A stretch of DNA of 64,000 bases from a virus: IMG/VR virus record IMGVR_UViG_3300025875_000621, positions 1-64,000 of that record, one strand, 5' to 3'. Below are positions 19,686 through 28,906 of the stretch, one piece after another. The notes under the pieces were generated by a model. That model was not told where the DNA came from, ran no database searches, and worked only from the letters and a program-made list of their open reading frames with translations. Position numbers and translations under genes: made by a program. Every line of letters begins with the position of its first letter. Within the stretch, counting starts at the first letter, position 1.

Positions 19686-20188
19686 GCGCCCGCCCCGTCC
19701 CCGCCCCGCCGGAGGGCCTGGAGGCCCTGCGCTCCGGCTACGACCTGGACGGAGAGGCTGGCCGGCAGGACCGTGTGCGGCAGCTCCGCGTCTGGGCGGA
19801 GGGCGGCTGGCAGGTGGTGACGGCCCTGCGGCGGCGCAACCGGCGCAGCCTGGACGTCAGTTACTACGTGGGAGAGGACCTGCCGCGGAACAGGAACGGG
19901 CAGCGCGTGGTCCCGGAGCGCGTGGCCGCACCCCCGGAGCTGATCGCCAGCCACGTGCGCGCCGCGGAGAAGGTCCGCACGGACCTGCCGGCACGCGCGG
20001 GCGCCGCACCGCAGCCGGAGCCAGCCCGCCGGGTACCCGCGGACCGCCGCCCGGCTCCCAGCCCGGGGCTGCTGCGCATCCGGGCGGACGCCCAGCGGGA
20101 GCTGGCTGCGGACTACCGGCGCATGGCGGAGGAGGCGGACCAGCGGGCCGCGGAACTGGACCAGCAGGCACAGGAGGCAGAGCAGTGA
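19682..20188 (+). CDS. Hypothetical protein
   Basis: Coupled ORF. Confidence 0.6.
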   Translation: MSARPVPAPPEGLEALRSGYDLDGEAGRQDRVRQLRVWAEGGWQVVTALRRRNRRSLDVSYYVGEDLPRNRNGQRVVPERVAAPPELIASHVRAAEKVRTDLPARAGAAPQPEPARRVPADRRPAPSPGLLRIRADAQRELAADYRRMAEEADQRAAELDQQAQEAEQ

Positions 20189-20321
20189 GCGCGCCGTGGC
20201 CGCCGCCGCCGGAGCCGGAGCGGTGCTCCACCGGAGACGTGGAGACCGGGAACTGCCGGTCCTGCGTGAACTACCGCCGGGCCCGCGCTGAGGACCGGGA
20301 CCGGCGCCTGGGGCGTGCACG

Positions 20322-20774
20322 GTGAGCCGGCTGCAGCCGTACGAGGGCGTCACCGGCCGGGCCCGCTCCGCGGAGGACCCGCTGCTGACCCCTGCGGGCA
20401 GTGACCTGGTGCTGCAGCTGGTGAAGCCCCTGTACCGCGCCAGCCTCTCCGCCACCCCGAACTGCCAGGAGCTGCACAGCCAGCTGACGAACGCGGTGCG
20501 CGTGGGCCAGCCGGTGGCCGTCCATGACGCCATGTACTTCCGGCGGGACCAGGACGCACGCTGGAAGGCAGTGGGCTACCTGCTGCAGGAGCGGGAGGAG
20601 TGGGCCACCACGGACAGCCAGTGGCAGGTGGACCTGCGGAACGGGGACGCTGACCCGGATGAGCGCGGCGTGGAGCGGGACGCCTGGTACCTGCAGTACG
20701 GGCCGGCGGCGGAGGACGTGTGCCGGTGGACGAACTGCCAGGTGCTGGCCCTGCCCCTGGAGTGGAAGCCGTGA
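20322..20774 (+). CDS. Hypothetical protein
   Basis: Coupled ORF. Confidence 0.65.
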   Translation: MSRLQPYEGVTGRARSAEDPLLTPAGSDLVLQLVKPLYRASLSATPNCQELHSQLTNAVRVGQPVAVHDAMYFRRDQDARWKAVGYLLQEREEWATTDSQWQVDLRNGDADPDERGVERDAWYLQYGPAAEDVCRWTNCQVLALPLEWKP

Positions 20775-21109
20775 CCGCCCGGGTGCTGGAGCTGGTGCCC
20801 GGCCGCGCCTGGTCACATGAGCTGTCCGGCTGTGACGTGATCCTGGACGGTGTGCGCCTGGGCCGGGTGGCCCGCGTGTCCATCACCCGGGAGCGTCGCG
20901 CTCCCGGGCTCCGCTACGCCCTGGCCCGCTGGCAGTCTCCCGGCTGGAAGTGCTACCCGGCGGACGGCAGCTGGGCGCCGGAGGCCCAGTCCCGCCGGGA
21001 CGGGGTAGAGCGCCTGCTGGAGGATGCCGGGGTGCCGTACCAGGAGGCCCGGGAGCTGGCGGCCACCACCGTGCACGTCCGCGTGCGGCCGGCGGAGGAG
21101 ACCCCGTGA
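20771..21109 (+). CDS. Hypothetical protein
   Basis: GTGA coupling. Confidence 0.6.
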   Translation: MTARVLELVPGRAWSHELSGCDVILDGVRLGRVARVSITRERRAPGLRYALARWQSPGWKCYPADGSWAPEAQSRRDGVERLLEDAGVPYQEARELAATTVHVRVRPAEETP

Positions 21110-21534
21110 CGCTGGAGCACCTGACGGACCGGCAGCGGCTGGCGCTCACCCTGCCGCTGGCCCGCGCAGACCTGGGCCGGGACGCCCTGGCCCCGCTCCG
21201 CCGCCACCGGGACGTGAAGCACGGGACGCTGACCACCATCCTGGCGGTGGACCGTTAGGGCCGCCTGAACCATGGCGCGCCGGTCTGGCACGTCTCAGCA
21301 TCCCTGCAGCGCGGCGGCAGCTTCCTGCGTCTGACCCGTCCCCTGGAGCTGGCGGCCGTCCGGCTGCTGGCCGGCGTCGGCGGGGACCGGGAGTGGTGGG
21401 TGTTCACCGCCGGTCGCATCGGGCACCTGCGGGTGCCGCTGACCGCAGAGGAGGTGGCCGCGCTCCCGCCGGGTGGGCCGCCGGAGCATGACGCGGGGGA
21501 CACCGGCCCGGAGCGGCCGCGCACCATGCTCTGA
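21106..21534 (+). pseudogene. ORF interrupted by in-frame TAG at 21256..21258
   Basis: Coding-like frame continues 91 codons past the amber to TGA at 21532. Confidence 0.6.
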
Positions 21535-21614
21535 GCTGCCGCCCGTGGACAGCCGCTCCGCGCCTGCCCACCGTTGCCACCGGTGCTCCGTGGTCACGTG
21601 AGGGATGACGTGCC

Positions 21615-21666
21615 GTGCACTCCCGGTGCACGCGCGGGCTCTCCGTGACGTACACTCACCATGTAC
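21615..21666. promoter_or_regulatory. Tandem operators GTGCAC-N5-GTGCAC (21615..21631) and GTACAC-N5-ATGTAC (21650..21666)
   Basis: Same spacing as consensus; head of a long accessory operon. Confidence 0.6.
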
Positions 21667-21693
21667 GCATCACCCCCCGATGAAGGGCCGAAG

Positions 21694-22035
21694 ATGAGCG
21701 ACACACAGCCGGCGGAGCAGTTGCCCACGGCGGAGGACAGAGAGCTGGCGCAGCAGCTGGCCCCGTACCTGGTGGACGCCTGGGAGCCCACGCTGGCCGC
21801 GGCCGCCGCGGTCCTGCACGCCGCCCGGGAGCAGGGCCGCCAGGAGGTCCGCCGCCAGGTGGAGGCGGAGCTGGCGTCCTGCCAGCAGTACGCGGACGCC
21901 TACGGAGACCAGGCGCTGGCCAGCCTGCAGCGCACTCCCCGGGACTACGGTGGCGCCGCCCTGTACGGGGCCCGCGCCTCCGCCGCCCACCTGTCCGCCC
22001 TCCGTCTCCGGATCGCGCTGGACGGGGAGAAGTGA
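21694..22035 (+). CDS. Hypothetical protein (may start at 21661)
   Basis: ORF coupled to next. Confidence 0.6.
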   Translation: MSDTQPAEQLPTAEDRELAQQLAPYLVDAWEPTLAAAAAVLHAAREQGRQEVRRQVEAELASCQQYADAYGDQALASLQRTPRDYGGAALYGARASAAHLSALRLRIALDGEK

Positions 22036-22319
22036 CCACCGTGGGGCAGCCCTCCCAGCTGCGCTGGCTGCCGTGGCAGACCGCGGCCGCGGCCGCCCAG
22101 CGCGGAGGCCGCCTGCAGCCGTCACTGGAGAAGCCCTGGGGCATCTGGGACCAGCACACCCAGGAGTGGGTGGTGGTGGACCTGGAGACGGAACAGGACG
22201 CCACGGCCGCGCTGCTGACCGTGGAGTCCACGCACCCATGGGAGCTGGTGGTCCGGGAGGACCGCGGCGGCTTCCACGGGGAGCCGGGCTGGAATGAGGA
22301 CGGGGTGGAGGACTGGTGA
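22032..22319 (+). CDS. Hypothetical protein, tandem paralog 1
   Basis: WGIWDQHTQEW...LLTVESTHP. Confidence 0.65.
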   Translation: MTTVGQPSQLRWLPWQTAAAAAQRGGRLQPSLEKPWGIWDQHTQEWVVVDLETEQDATAALLTVESTHPWELVVREDRGGFHGEPGWNEDGVEDW

Positions 22320-22663
22320 CCACCTTCCTGCCGAACGACCAGCAGGCGGCCGTGGACGCCACCGTGGGCCGCTGGGGCGTCTGGGACACCCACACCCAGG
22401 AGTGGCTGCACCAGCAGCTGCCCAGTGAGCGGGAGGCGTGGCGGGCGCTGCTCTCCGCGGAGTCCCTGCACCCCATGCTTCTGGAGGTGCGGCAGGAGGA
22501 CCCGCCGCCGCCGGAGCCGGAGGACGAGGTGCAGTGCCCCACCTGTGACGGGGACGGGGATTGCTACCGGTGCGGCACCCAGTGTCCGGACTGCTACGGC
22601 ACGAAGCTGGTGACCGCTGAGGTGGCTGCGCAGCTGCGGAAGGACGGAAGGGGGTGGACGTGA
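22316..22663 (+). CDS. Hypothetical protein, tandem paralog 2 with DnaJ-like CxxCxGxG finger
   Basis: WGVWDTHTQEW...LLSAESLHP; CPTCDGDG...CPDCYGT. Confidence 0.65.
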   Translation: MTTFLPNDQQAAVDATVGRWGVWDTHTQEWLHQQLPSEREAWRALLSAESLHPMLLEVRQEDPPPPEPEDEVQCPTCDGDGDCYRCGTQCPDCYGTKLVTAEVAAQLRKDGRGWT

Positions 22664-22832
22664 CCCGCCGCCCGAACATGGCCCCGCGCCGGGTCGGCCA
22701 GCAGGTCCGCTGCCCGGACTGCCCCGCCCAGGTAGGCACCGTGAAGGGCAGGCACGGGCACGTCATCCGGGCCCACCCGGACCCGCAGCTGCCCCGCGTG
22801 TCCTGCGCCGGCTCCGGGAAGCTGGTGCGCGC

Positions 22833-23165
22833 ATGACCGCCCCGGACAGCGGACCGCAGAGCCTGGAGCAGCGGGCGGCCCAGCGGTACCACACGGACCC
22901 CCTGTTCCACGCCCGCGTGCACCTGGCTGCCAGCGTGGTGCTGACCAACACGGCTGGCGCCGCGCAGCTGCCCTCCACTCCCCTGCAGCTCCGCCGCGCG
23001 GCCGCTGTGGCTCTCCTGCTGGCGGAGCTGCCTCCGGAGGTCCTGACGCAGCGCACGCCGGCGTCTGATGCCCTGGAGCGGCTGATGACCACCGGGGACC
23101 GGGGGGCCATGACCTGGGAGGACGCCGTGCACCTGCTGGGCCTGGACCCGGAGACACCGCGGTGA
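22833..23165 (+). CDS. Hypothetical protein
   Basis: RYHTDPLFHARV; coupled. Confidence 0.6.
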   Translation: MTAPDSGPQSLEQRAAQRYHTDPLFHARVHLAASVVLTNTAGAAQLPSTPLQLRRAAAVALLLAELPPEVLTQRTPASDALERLMTTGDRGAMTWEDAVHLLGLDPETPR

Positions 23166-23572
23166 GCCGCGCGGACGGGCGCCAGCTGCAGCGGCTGGTG
23201 CTGGCGTTCACCCGGCACGGCATCACGGAGCGCGCGGACCGGCTCCGCCTCTGCTCCCAGCACGCCGGGCGCCGACTCTCCTCCTCCAGCCAGCTCACCA
23301 GCCAGGAGGCCACCGGCCTGGAGCACCGCCTGAACGGCCTACCCGTGAACGGCGCCCTGACGGCGTGGGTGGCGCACCTGGTGCAGGAGGAGGAGAGGGA
23401 AGCGCGGGAGCGCGCCTCCCGGCCCCGGCCGTCCCCGGCCGTCATCGTCTGCCGTACCGGCGGAGGAGGCCCACCCACCGCGGAGGACCTGGCCGCCGTG
23501 CAGGAGTTCGCAGAGCAGCTACAGGTCCTGGCAGACGCCGGCCTGATCCCCACCACAGAGGAGACCCCGTGA
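23162..23572 (+). CDS. Hypothetical protein
   Basis: GRRLSSSSQLTSQEA; coupled. Confidence 0.6.
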   Translation: MSRADGRQLQRLVLAFTRHGITERADRLRLCSQHAGRRLSSSSQLTSQEATGLEHRLNGLPVNGALTAWVAHLVQEEEREARERASRPRPSPAVIVCRTGGGGPPTAEDLAAVQEFAEQLQVLADAGLIPTTEETP

Positions 23573-24138
23573 ACACCCTCAGCCTGTCCGTCCTGGGCAT
23601 CGCCCTGGCCTTGCTGGTGATCCTGCTCAGCGTGCTGCTGCACCGGGCGGTGAGCCAGCGGGACGCAGCACGCGCGCAGGTGGACGCGCTCACCCACCGG
23701 CTGTCCGTGCTCAGGACTCAGCTGGACACCGCGATGCGCGGGCAGATGAGCGCGCAGGGCTCCTCCCGCGGCGTGGGCGCCCGGATCAGCAGCAGCCTGG
23801 GTCTGCGGAAGCCGCCGGCCAGGACCCGCGCGGAGGAGCGGGACGCGGAGCGCGGCGTGGACGTCACGGACATGCTGGACAGCCCGGCGGCCGTGATGCC
23901 CTCCTACTACCCGGGCCTGCACACGGAGGAGCCCGCCAGCAGCCGGGACACCGCGGACAGCAGCAGCCACTACGGCGGCGGCTACAGCGGCGGGCACTCC
24001 TCCAGCTGGGGCGGCAGTGACCACTCCAGCAGCTCCGGCGGGCACTCCTCCAGCTACGACGGCGGCGGGTCCTCCAGCTCCAGCTCCTCCTCCAGCAGTG
24101 ACAGCGGCTCCAGCGGCGGAGGCGGTGGCGGGGAGTGA
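23569..24138 (+). CDS. Membrane-anchored protein with Ser/Gly-rich tail
   Basis: N-terminal TM; SSSSDSGSSGGGGG C-terminus. Confidence 0.65.
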   Translation: MNTLSLSVLGIALALLVILLSVLLHRAVSQRDAARAQVDALTHRLSVLRTQLDTAMRGQMSAQGSSRGVGARISSSLGLRKPPARTRAEERDAERGVDVTDMLDSPAAVMPSYYPGLHTEEPASSRDTADSSSHYGGGYSGGHSSSWGGSDHSSSSGGHSSSYDGGGSSSSSSSSSSDSGSSGGGGGGE

Positions 24139-24584
24139 CCGCCCGCAGCAACCGGGCCCGCGCCGCCCTGGCCGTTCCCGTCCTCAGCGGCGCCGCCCTG
24201 GGCTTCCTGACCGCCTGCGGCGGCGGGGTCCCCTACGACGAGGACGGCGTGGACCGCGCCCAGCAGGAGTCCTACGCGTACTGCGCGGGGGAGGACGGCG
24301 TGGTCCTCCCGGACTCCGCCTGTGACACCGCCGCCGGCGGTGGAGGCGGGGGCGGCGGGGCGTTCATCTTCGTGGGCGGGTTCGGCGGCCAGCGGTACAG
24401 CCCCGGCCAGGTCATCCCCCCGGAGTACCGCTCCGGCAGTGGCACCACCCGGGTCTCCCCCGGTGACGCCGCCGCCCGCTCCCGGGCCGGGCTGCCCGCC
24501 TCCGGGAAGGTGACCAGCGGGACCCGCGTGGCCGGCGGCATCGGGAAGGGCGCCGCAGGCGGCGGCGCCAAGGCCGGGTCCTGA
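24135..24584 (+). CDS. Gly-rich lipoprotein
   Basis: Lipobox LTAC; YC...PDSAC; Gly-rich tail. Confidence 0.7.
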   Translation: MTARSNRARAALAVPVLSGAALGFLTACGGGVPYDEDGVDRAQQESYAYCAGEDGVVLPDSACDTAAGGGGGGGGAFIFVGGFGGQRYSPGQVIPPEYRSGSGTTRVSPGDAAARSRAGLPASGKVTSGTRVAGGIGKGAAGGGAKAGS

Positions 24585-24787
24585 TGAGCACGCTGGAGCT
24601 GTGGCTGGCGGCCGCGGAGCAGCCGGACCGGGAGGACTGGCACCCGCGGCCGCGGTACACCGGGAAGTGCACCAGCTGCGGCCGCTTCATCCCGAACGCC
24701 GGTCACTGGCTGCGCAGCGACATGCTGACCGGGGAGACCGTGGAGCTGGGGACCTGCGGCCGCTGCGGCACCGTGGAGGTGGAGTGA
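24584..24787 (+). CDS. Small Zn-ribbon protein
   Basis: CTSCGRF...CGRCG. Confidence 0.6.
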   Translation: MSTLELWLAAAEQPDREDWHPRPRYTGKCTSCGRFIPNAGHWLRSDMLTGETVELGTCGRCGTVEVE

Positions 24788-25161
24788 TGGACCCACTGCA
24801 GGAGCTGCTGCCGGACCACGGCCTGGAACACGTGGAGGTCCCCGGCCAGCTGGACCTGTTCCCGGACCCCGGCTTGCAGCTGCCGGGCATGCCCATCCCG
24901 CTGCCGCCGGCGGAGACGTCCCCGGACCGCCGCCGTACCGCCCGGCAGCGGGCGCTGGTGGAGCAGGGCTGGCACCCGCTCACCGGTACCCGGACGCGGC
25001 CGGAGCTGGGGACGTGCGGGGACTGCGCGCACCGGCTGTCCGCCGGGCGCCGGTACCCGAAGTGCGAGCTGCGGGTGTCCGCCAGCGCCGCCACAGACTG
25101 CAGGGCCTGGTGGCCAGCATGTGCTGACCACCGCACCACCACCACTGAGGAGAGCACGTGA
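24787..25161 (+). CDS. Phage hypothetical protein, Cys-rich
   Basis: GWHPL...TCGDCAH...YPKC...DCRAWWPAC. Confidence 0.65.
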   Translation: MDPLQELLPDHGLEHVEVPGQLDLFPDPGLQLPGMPIPLPPAETSPDRRRTARQRALVEQGWHPLTGTRTRPELGTCGDCAHRLSAGRRYPKCELRVSASAATDCRAWWPACADHRTTTTEEST

Positions 25162-25583
25162 CCAGCACCGAGCAGACCCCCGCGGAGCAGACCGTCCAGG
25201 AGACCTGGCTGGAGCGGGTGCAGGCCGTCGTGGACCGCATCAGCTACCGGCCGGACACCTACCGGTGGCGGGTGGAGGTGGACCAGGAGGACCCGCTGGG
25301 TCGGGTGTTCGTCCAGCTGCAGCACTACCGGCCGGACGCGTTCACCGGCGCCATGGCCTGGGGGCACGGCGGGAAGTCGTACCTGTCCCCGCACATGACG
25401 GAGGGGGAGCTGGTGCGCCGGCTGCTGGGCGCCGCGCTGGCGTACGAGGAGCATGAGGTGCGGGAGTTCTTCATGTGGCGGCCGGAGGGCACGGAGCCCG
25501 GGGAGGAGCGGCGCGTGTTCGGGCCGCACATCAGCGTCAGCGCCCTGTGGGACGTGGCGGACCAGCTGGACGTCCGCCAGTGA
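25158..25583 (+). CDS. Phage hypothetical protein
   Basis: GGKSYLSPHMT..E...EEHEVREFF...VFGPH. Confidence 0.7.
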   Translation: MTSTEQTPAEQTVQETWLERVQAVVDRISYRPDTYRWRVEVDQEDPLGRVFVQLQHYRPDAFTGAMAWGHGGKSYLSPHMTEGELVRRLLGAALAYEEHEVREFFMWRPEGTEPGEERRVFGPHISVSALWDVADQLDVRQ

Positions 25584-26407
25584 CCGCGGTGCCCTCCACG
25601 GACGCCCCCGCGCAGCCCGGCCGCCGGGCGCTGGTGGCGGACATGCGCGTCCGCATCGACCGGCGACACATGCGCACCGGTGACTCCATCCGGGGCGGCG
25701 TGGTTCTGCATGAGGTGCCCTCCGTGGAGGGCACCCGCGCGGACGCCCTGGCCGTGGACTTCCGCAGCTCTCACCAGGCGCTGGTGGGCTACGAGATCAA
25801 GGTGGACCGCGGGGACTGGCTGCACGAACTGGGCCAGCCGGAGAAGGCCCTGGCCTGGGCGCAGCACTGCACGGAGTGGTACGTGATCGCACCGGAGGGG
25901 GTGGTGCACCGGGAGGAGCTGCCGGACGGCTGGGGACTGATCGTGCCGGTGGCTCAGGTGCGCAGCACCGTCCGCGTGGCGGCCGTGAAGCGGGAGCCGG
26001 CGCCACTGCCCCTGCCGGTGGTGATCGAGCTGGCGAAGAAGCTGGACACGCTGAGGATCGCGGAGGTGGCGCAGGCCACGGAGAAGCTGCAGAAGAAGGT
26101 GCGGGACCTGGAGCTGGACGCCAGGCAGGGACGGGCGGCCAGTGACCGGGACCAGGAGGACGCCCGGATTCTGGCGGGGCTGCTGCAGCGCATCGGCGTG
26201 GACCGGCGGGAGGCGTCCATGTGGGCGCTGTCCCGTGAGGGGAACCCGGAGGAGCTGACCATGGCCGCGGCTCTCACCGGCCGGGACGGGCTGCTGCGGC
26301 TGCAGGAGCGGACCCAGCGCGACCTGGACAACGTGCGCCGCCTGGTGGGCAGCCTGGCGGCCCGGCTGGAGGGCCAGCCGGACACGGACGCCGGGTGGCC
26401 GGGGTGA
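25580..26407 (+). CDS. PD-(D/E)XK nuclease, MmcB-like
   Basis: RADALAVD...GYEIKVDRGDWLHEL..PEK...ELPDGWGLI. Confidence 0.75.
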   Translation: MTAVPSTDAPAQPGRRALVADMRVRIDRRHMRTGDSIRGGVVLHEVPSVEGTRADALAVDFRSSHQALVGYEIKVDRGDWLHELGQPEKALAWAQHCTEWYVIAPEGVVHREELPDGWGLIVPVAQVRSTVRVAAVKREPAPLPLPVVIELAKKLDTLRIAEVAQATEKLQKKVRDLELDARQGRAASDRDQEDARILAGLLQRIGVDRREASMWALSREGNPEELTMAAALTGRDGLLRLQERTQRDLDNVRRLVGSLAARLEGQPDTDAGWPG

Positions 26408-26718
26408 GTACCCCTGACCTGCAGGCGGACCGCTGCCGCCTCTGCCACGCCCCCTGCGGGGAGTGTGGCTGCAGACTGGGCGGCTGCTACAGCGAGGAGT
26501 GGTGGGCCAGCCAGCGCACGGACCCACAGCTCTACCAGCAGCCGCTCCAGGTCCGGTCCTGTCCCAGCGCGTACACCGCCTGGCAGGGGCTGGTGCTCCG
26601 CTGCACCGGTGAGCACCTGCAGGGCAACCCACGGCGGGGCCAGGTGCACCAGCAGCGCGTGGCCGGCATGACGTGGACCTGGTACGACGATGAGGCGGAC
26701 CGGGAGGGGGCGCGGTGA
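26404..26718 (+). CDS. Cys-rich hypothetical protein
   Basis: GTGA coupling. Confidence 0.5.
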   Translation: MSTPDLQADRCRLCHAPCGECGCRLGGCYSEEWWASQRTDPQLYQQPLQVRSCPSAYTAWQGLVLRCTGEHLQGNPRRGQVHQQRVAGMTWTWYDDEADREGAR

Positions 26719-27260
26719 GCGGGGTGGAGCACGTGCTGGCGTCCATCGACGGGGCGCTGCACGACTGGACCACCTCCGGGGACGCCATGCGCTGGTCCCC
26801 GGAGCCGGAGACCGCGCCGCCGCTGCAGCGCCAGTTCACCGGCCGCTTGGGCTTCCCTCCGCCCCCGCGGACGGCGCCGCCGACGCTGCTGATCCTGGCC
26901 GGGTCCGTCACCCTGGCGCGGGCGTCTGCGCTGGACCTGGGGCTCCCCAGCTCACCGCGGAGCGGGCTGTGGCGGGCCGCTGGCCGGTACGCCGCGGAGG
27001 AGCTGCGGGCTCAGTCCCACGTGCGCGTGCACGTCGGGTACGGCTACCACCAGCGGCCGGACGTGGCGGACCTGGAGTGGATGCTGGAGCGCATCGCCGC
27101 CCGCGGCGGCACCGTGGAGTGGGTGGGTGGCCACCCCTCCGGCCGTGGAGGGCGGGCGCCGGCGTTCACCCCGGAGCAGGAGCAGGAGACCCTGCTGCGC
27201 GGCTACGTGGCCCGCGGGGACGCCGTGCTGGACGGGCTGGCTCCGGGGGCGGAGCTGTGA
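26715..27260 (+). CDS. Hypothetical protein
   Basis: IDGAL.DW..S.DAMRW.P N-terminus. Confidence 0.6.
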   Translation: MSGVEHVLASIDGALHDWTTSGDAMRWSPEPETAPPLQRQFTGRLGFPPPPRTAPPTLLILAGSVTLARASALDLGLPSSPRSGLWRAAGRYAAEELRAQSHVRVHVGYGYHQRPDVADLEWMLERIAARGGTVEWVGGHPSGRGGRAPAFTPEQEQETLLRGYVARGDAVLDGLAPGAEL

Positions 27261-27295
27261 GGGAACAGTCAGACCACCCAGCTACGCTGCGCGTC

Positions 27296-27910
27296 ATGCG
27301 CGCCCCCCTCCTTCCCGCTGTAGCAGCGGCCGCCCTTCTGGGCACCGTGGTGCTGGCCAACGTCCTGTCCGCCCACTTCGGCCTGGTCTCCGCCGGGTTC
27401 GGGCTCACCGTCTCCGCCGGCACGTACGCCGCCGGCCTGGCCCTGGGTCTCCGGGACCTGCTGGACCGCGCCGGCGGACTCCGCTGGGTCCTGGGAGCTA
27501 TCGCCGCCGGCATCGTGGTCTCCGCCTGGGCGGCCAGCCCGCAGCTGGCCGTAGCCTCCGCTGCTGCATTTGCGGTCAGTGAACTGGTGGACCTGACCGT
27601 ATGGCGCAGCCTCCGCAGGACCCCTGCAGCGGCCACGCCGCCGCTTCTCAGGGACTCCTCCGGGCGAGGCGCGTACCGGCCCGGTCCGGCGTCTCCGCCG
27701 CGGAGGTCCTGGCGTGTGCCGCTGGTGGCTTCCAACGCCGCGGGGGCACTGGTGGACACCCTGGTGTTCCTGCCCCTGGCCGGCTTCGGACTCACCGCGT
27801 CCGCGGTGGGCGGTCAGTTCCTGGTGAAGGCCGTGTGGATGAGCCTGCTGGCGCTGGCCGTGGGTGAACTGGTGAGCCGCGCCCGCAGCCGCCGGGCGGT
27901 GATCGCGTGA
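27296..27910 (+). CDS. VUT/YhhQ-family queuosine-precursor transporter
   Basis: VVLAN, AGTYAAGLALGLRD, ASAAAFAVSELVD, ASNAAGALVDTLVFL, GQFLVK; multi-TM. Confidence 0.8.
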   Translation: MRAPLLPAVAAAALLGTVVLANVLSAHFGLVSAGFGLTVSAGTYAAGLALGLRDLLDRAGGLRWVLGAIAAGIVVSAWAASPQLAVASAAAFAVSELVDLTVWRSLRRTPAAATPPLLRDSSGRGAYRPGPASPPRRSWRVPLVASNAAGALVDTLVFLPLAGFGLTASAVGGQFLVKAVWMSLLALAVGELVSRARSRRAVIA

Positions 27911-28227
27911 CCCGGGAACTGCCCGCCGCAGTCCCCGCGGAGGCCCCTGTCCGCGTCACCGTCACCGGCGCACTGCAGCACCTGTGCCCACACGTGGAGG
28001 AGGTGGACCACGGGGCGGTGGAGGTGGCCTGGACATGCGCGGGCGGGACCCTAGAACTGCACTCCCTCAGGAAGTACCTGGACTCCTACGCGCAGCAGCG
28101 GATCAGCCATGAGGAGCTGACGCACCTACTGCGGGAGGACCTGGCCGGCGTCTCCGGCATCACGGACGTGCGGGTCATCACCACCTGGACCACCGCGGGG
28201 CTGTCCGTGCACGTGCAGGGCGCCTGA
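27907..28227 (+). CDS. QueF-like T-fold enzyme
   Basis: LCP...D, ELHSLRKYL (QueF-motif-like), SHEE. Confidence 0.75.
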   Translation: MTRELPAAVPAEAPVRVTVTGALQHLCPHVEEVDHGAVEVAWTCAGGTLELHSLRKYLDSYAQQRISHEELTHLLREDLAGVSGITDVRVITTWTTAGLSVHVQGA

Positions 28228-28233
28228 CCGGCC

Positions 28234-28848
28234 GTGCGGTACTTCGCCAACGCGTCCACGCAGCGCACCCGGGACGCCATGCGCGCCGGCCTGGTCGGCA
28301 TGATCGCCACACCCGCGGAGGGGCGGTCACCCGCGGACTACCCCGTGTGGTGCGCGGACAACGGCTGCTTCGGGAAGGGGTACCCCGGTGACGCCGCCTG
28401 GGTGCGGTGGCTGCAGAACCAGGCCGCTCACGCGGCGCGCTGCGTGTTCGCCACCGCCCCGGACGTGGTGGGAGACGCGGCCGCCACCCTGGCCCGGTCT
28501 GCGCCCTGGCTGCCGGTGATCCGGTCCCTGGGGTACCCGGCGGCCCTGGTGGCACAGGACGGGCTGGAGGCCCTGCCGGTGCCCTGGGACTCCTTCGACG
28601 TCCTGTTCCTGGGTGGGACCACAGAGTGGAAGCTGGGACCAGCGGCGGCCAGGCTGGCGTCTCAAGCGAAGGCGCGGGGGAAGGGTGTGCACATGGGCCG
28701 GGTGAACTCCGCGCGCCGGTGGGCCTACGCGGAGCTGATCGGCTGTGACACCGCGGACGGCACGTTCATCGCCTTTGGGCCGGACGTGAACCTGCCAAAG
28801 GTGCTGGCCTGGCAGGAGCAGGAACACCTGTTCAGTCACATGGCCTGA
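28234..28848 (+). CDS. Small TGT-fold transglycosylase (DpdA-like)
   Basis: DNGCF, APDVVGD, VAQDG, FLGG, VHMGRVN, DTADGT motifs in TGT order; context with VUT and QueF. Confidence 0.7.
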   Translation: MRYFANASTQRTRDAMRAGLVGMIATPAEGRSPADYPVWCADNGCFGKGYPGDAAWVRWLQNQAAHAARCVFATAPDVVGDAAATLARSAPWLPVIRSLGYPAALVAQDGLEALPVPWDSFDVLFLGGTTEWKLGPAAARLASQAKARGKGVHMGRVNSARRWAYAELIGCDTADGTFIAFGPDVNLPKVLAWQEQEHLFSHMA

Positions 28849-28857
28849 CCGGTCACA

Positions 28858-28897
28858 GCACAGGAGCCTCCGCCCACCTGGACGGGGGCTCCTGTGC
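28858..28897. terminator. Hairpin between convergent genes
   Basis: GCACAGGAGCCTCCG ... CGGGGGCTCCTGTGC. Confidence 0.7.
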
Positions 28898-28906
28898 GTG
28901 CGGGGC

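Noticed and set aside
7206-21258. Genome-wide amber (TAG) recoding
   Set aside because: Several genes end convincingly at TAG (15164, 17177, 30908, 47311) and no suppressor tRNA was seen; only one or two interrupted ORFs.
23930-24138. Low-complexity AGC/TCC/GGC repeats
   Set aside because: They simply encode a Ser/Gly-rich protein tail common in phage proteins.
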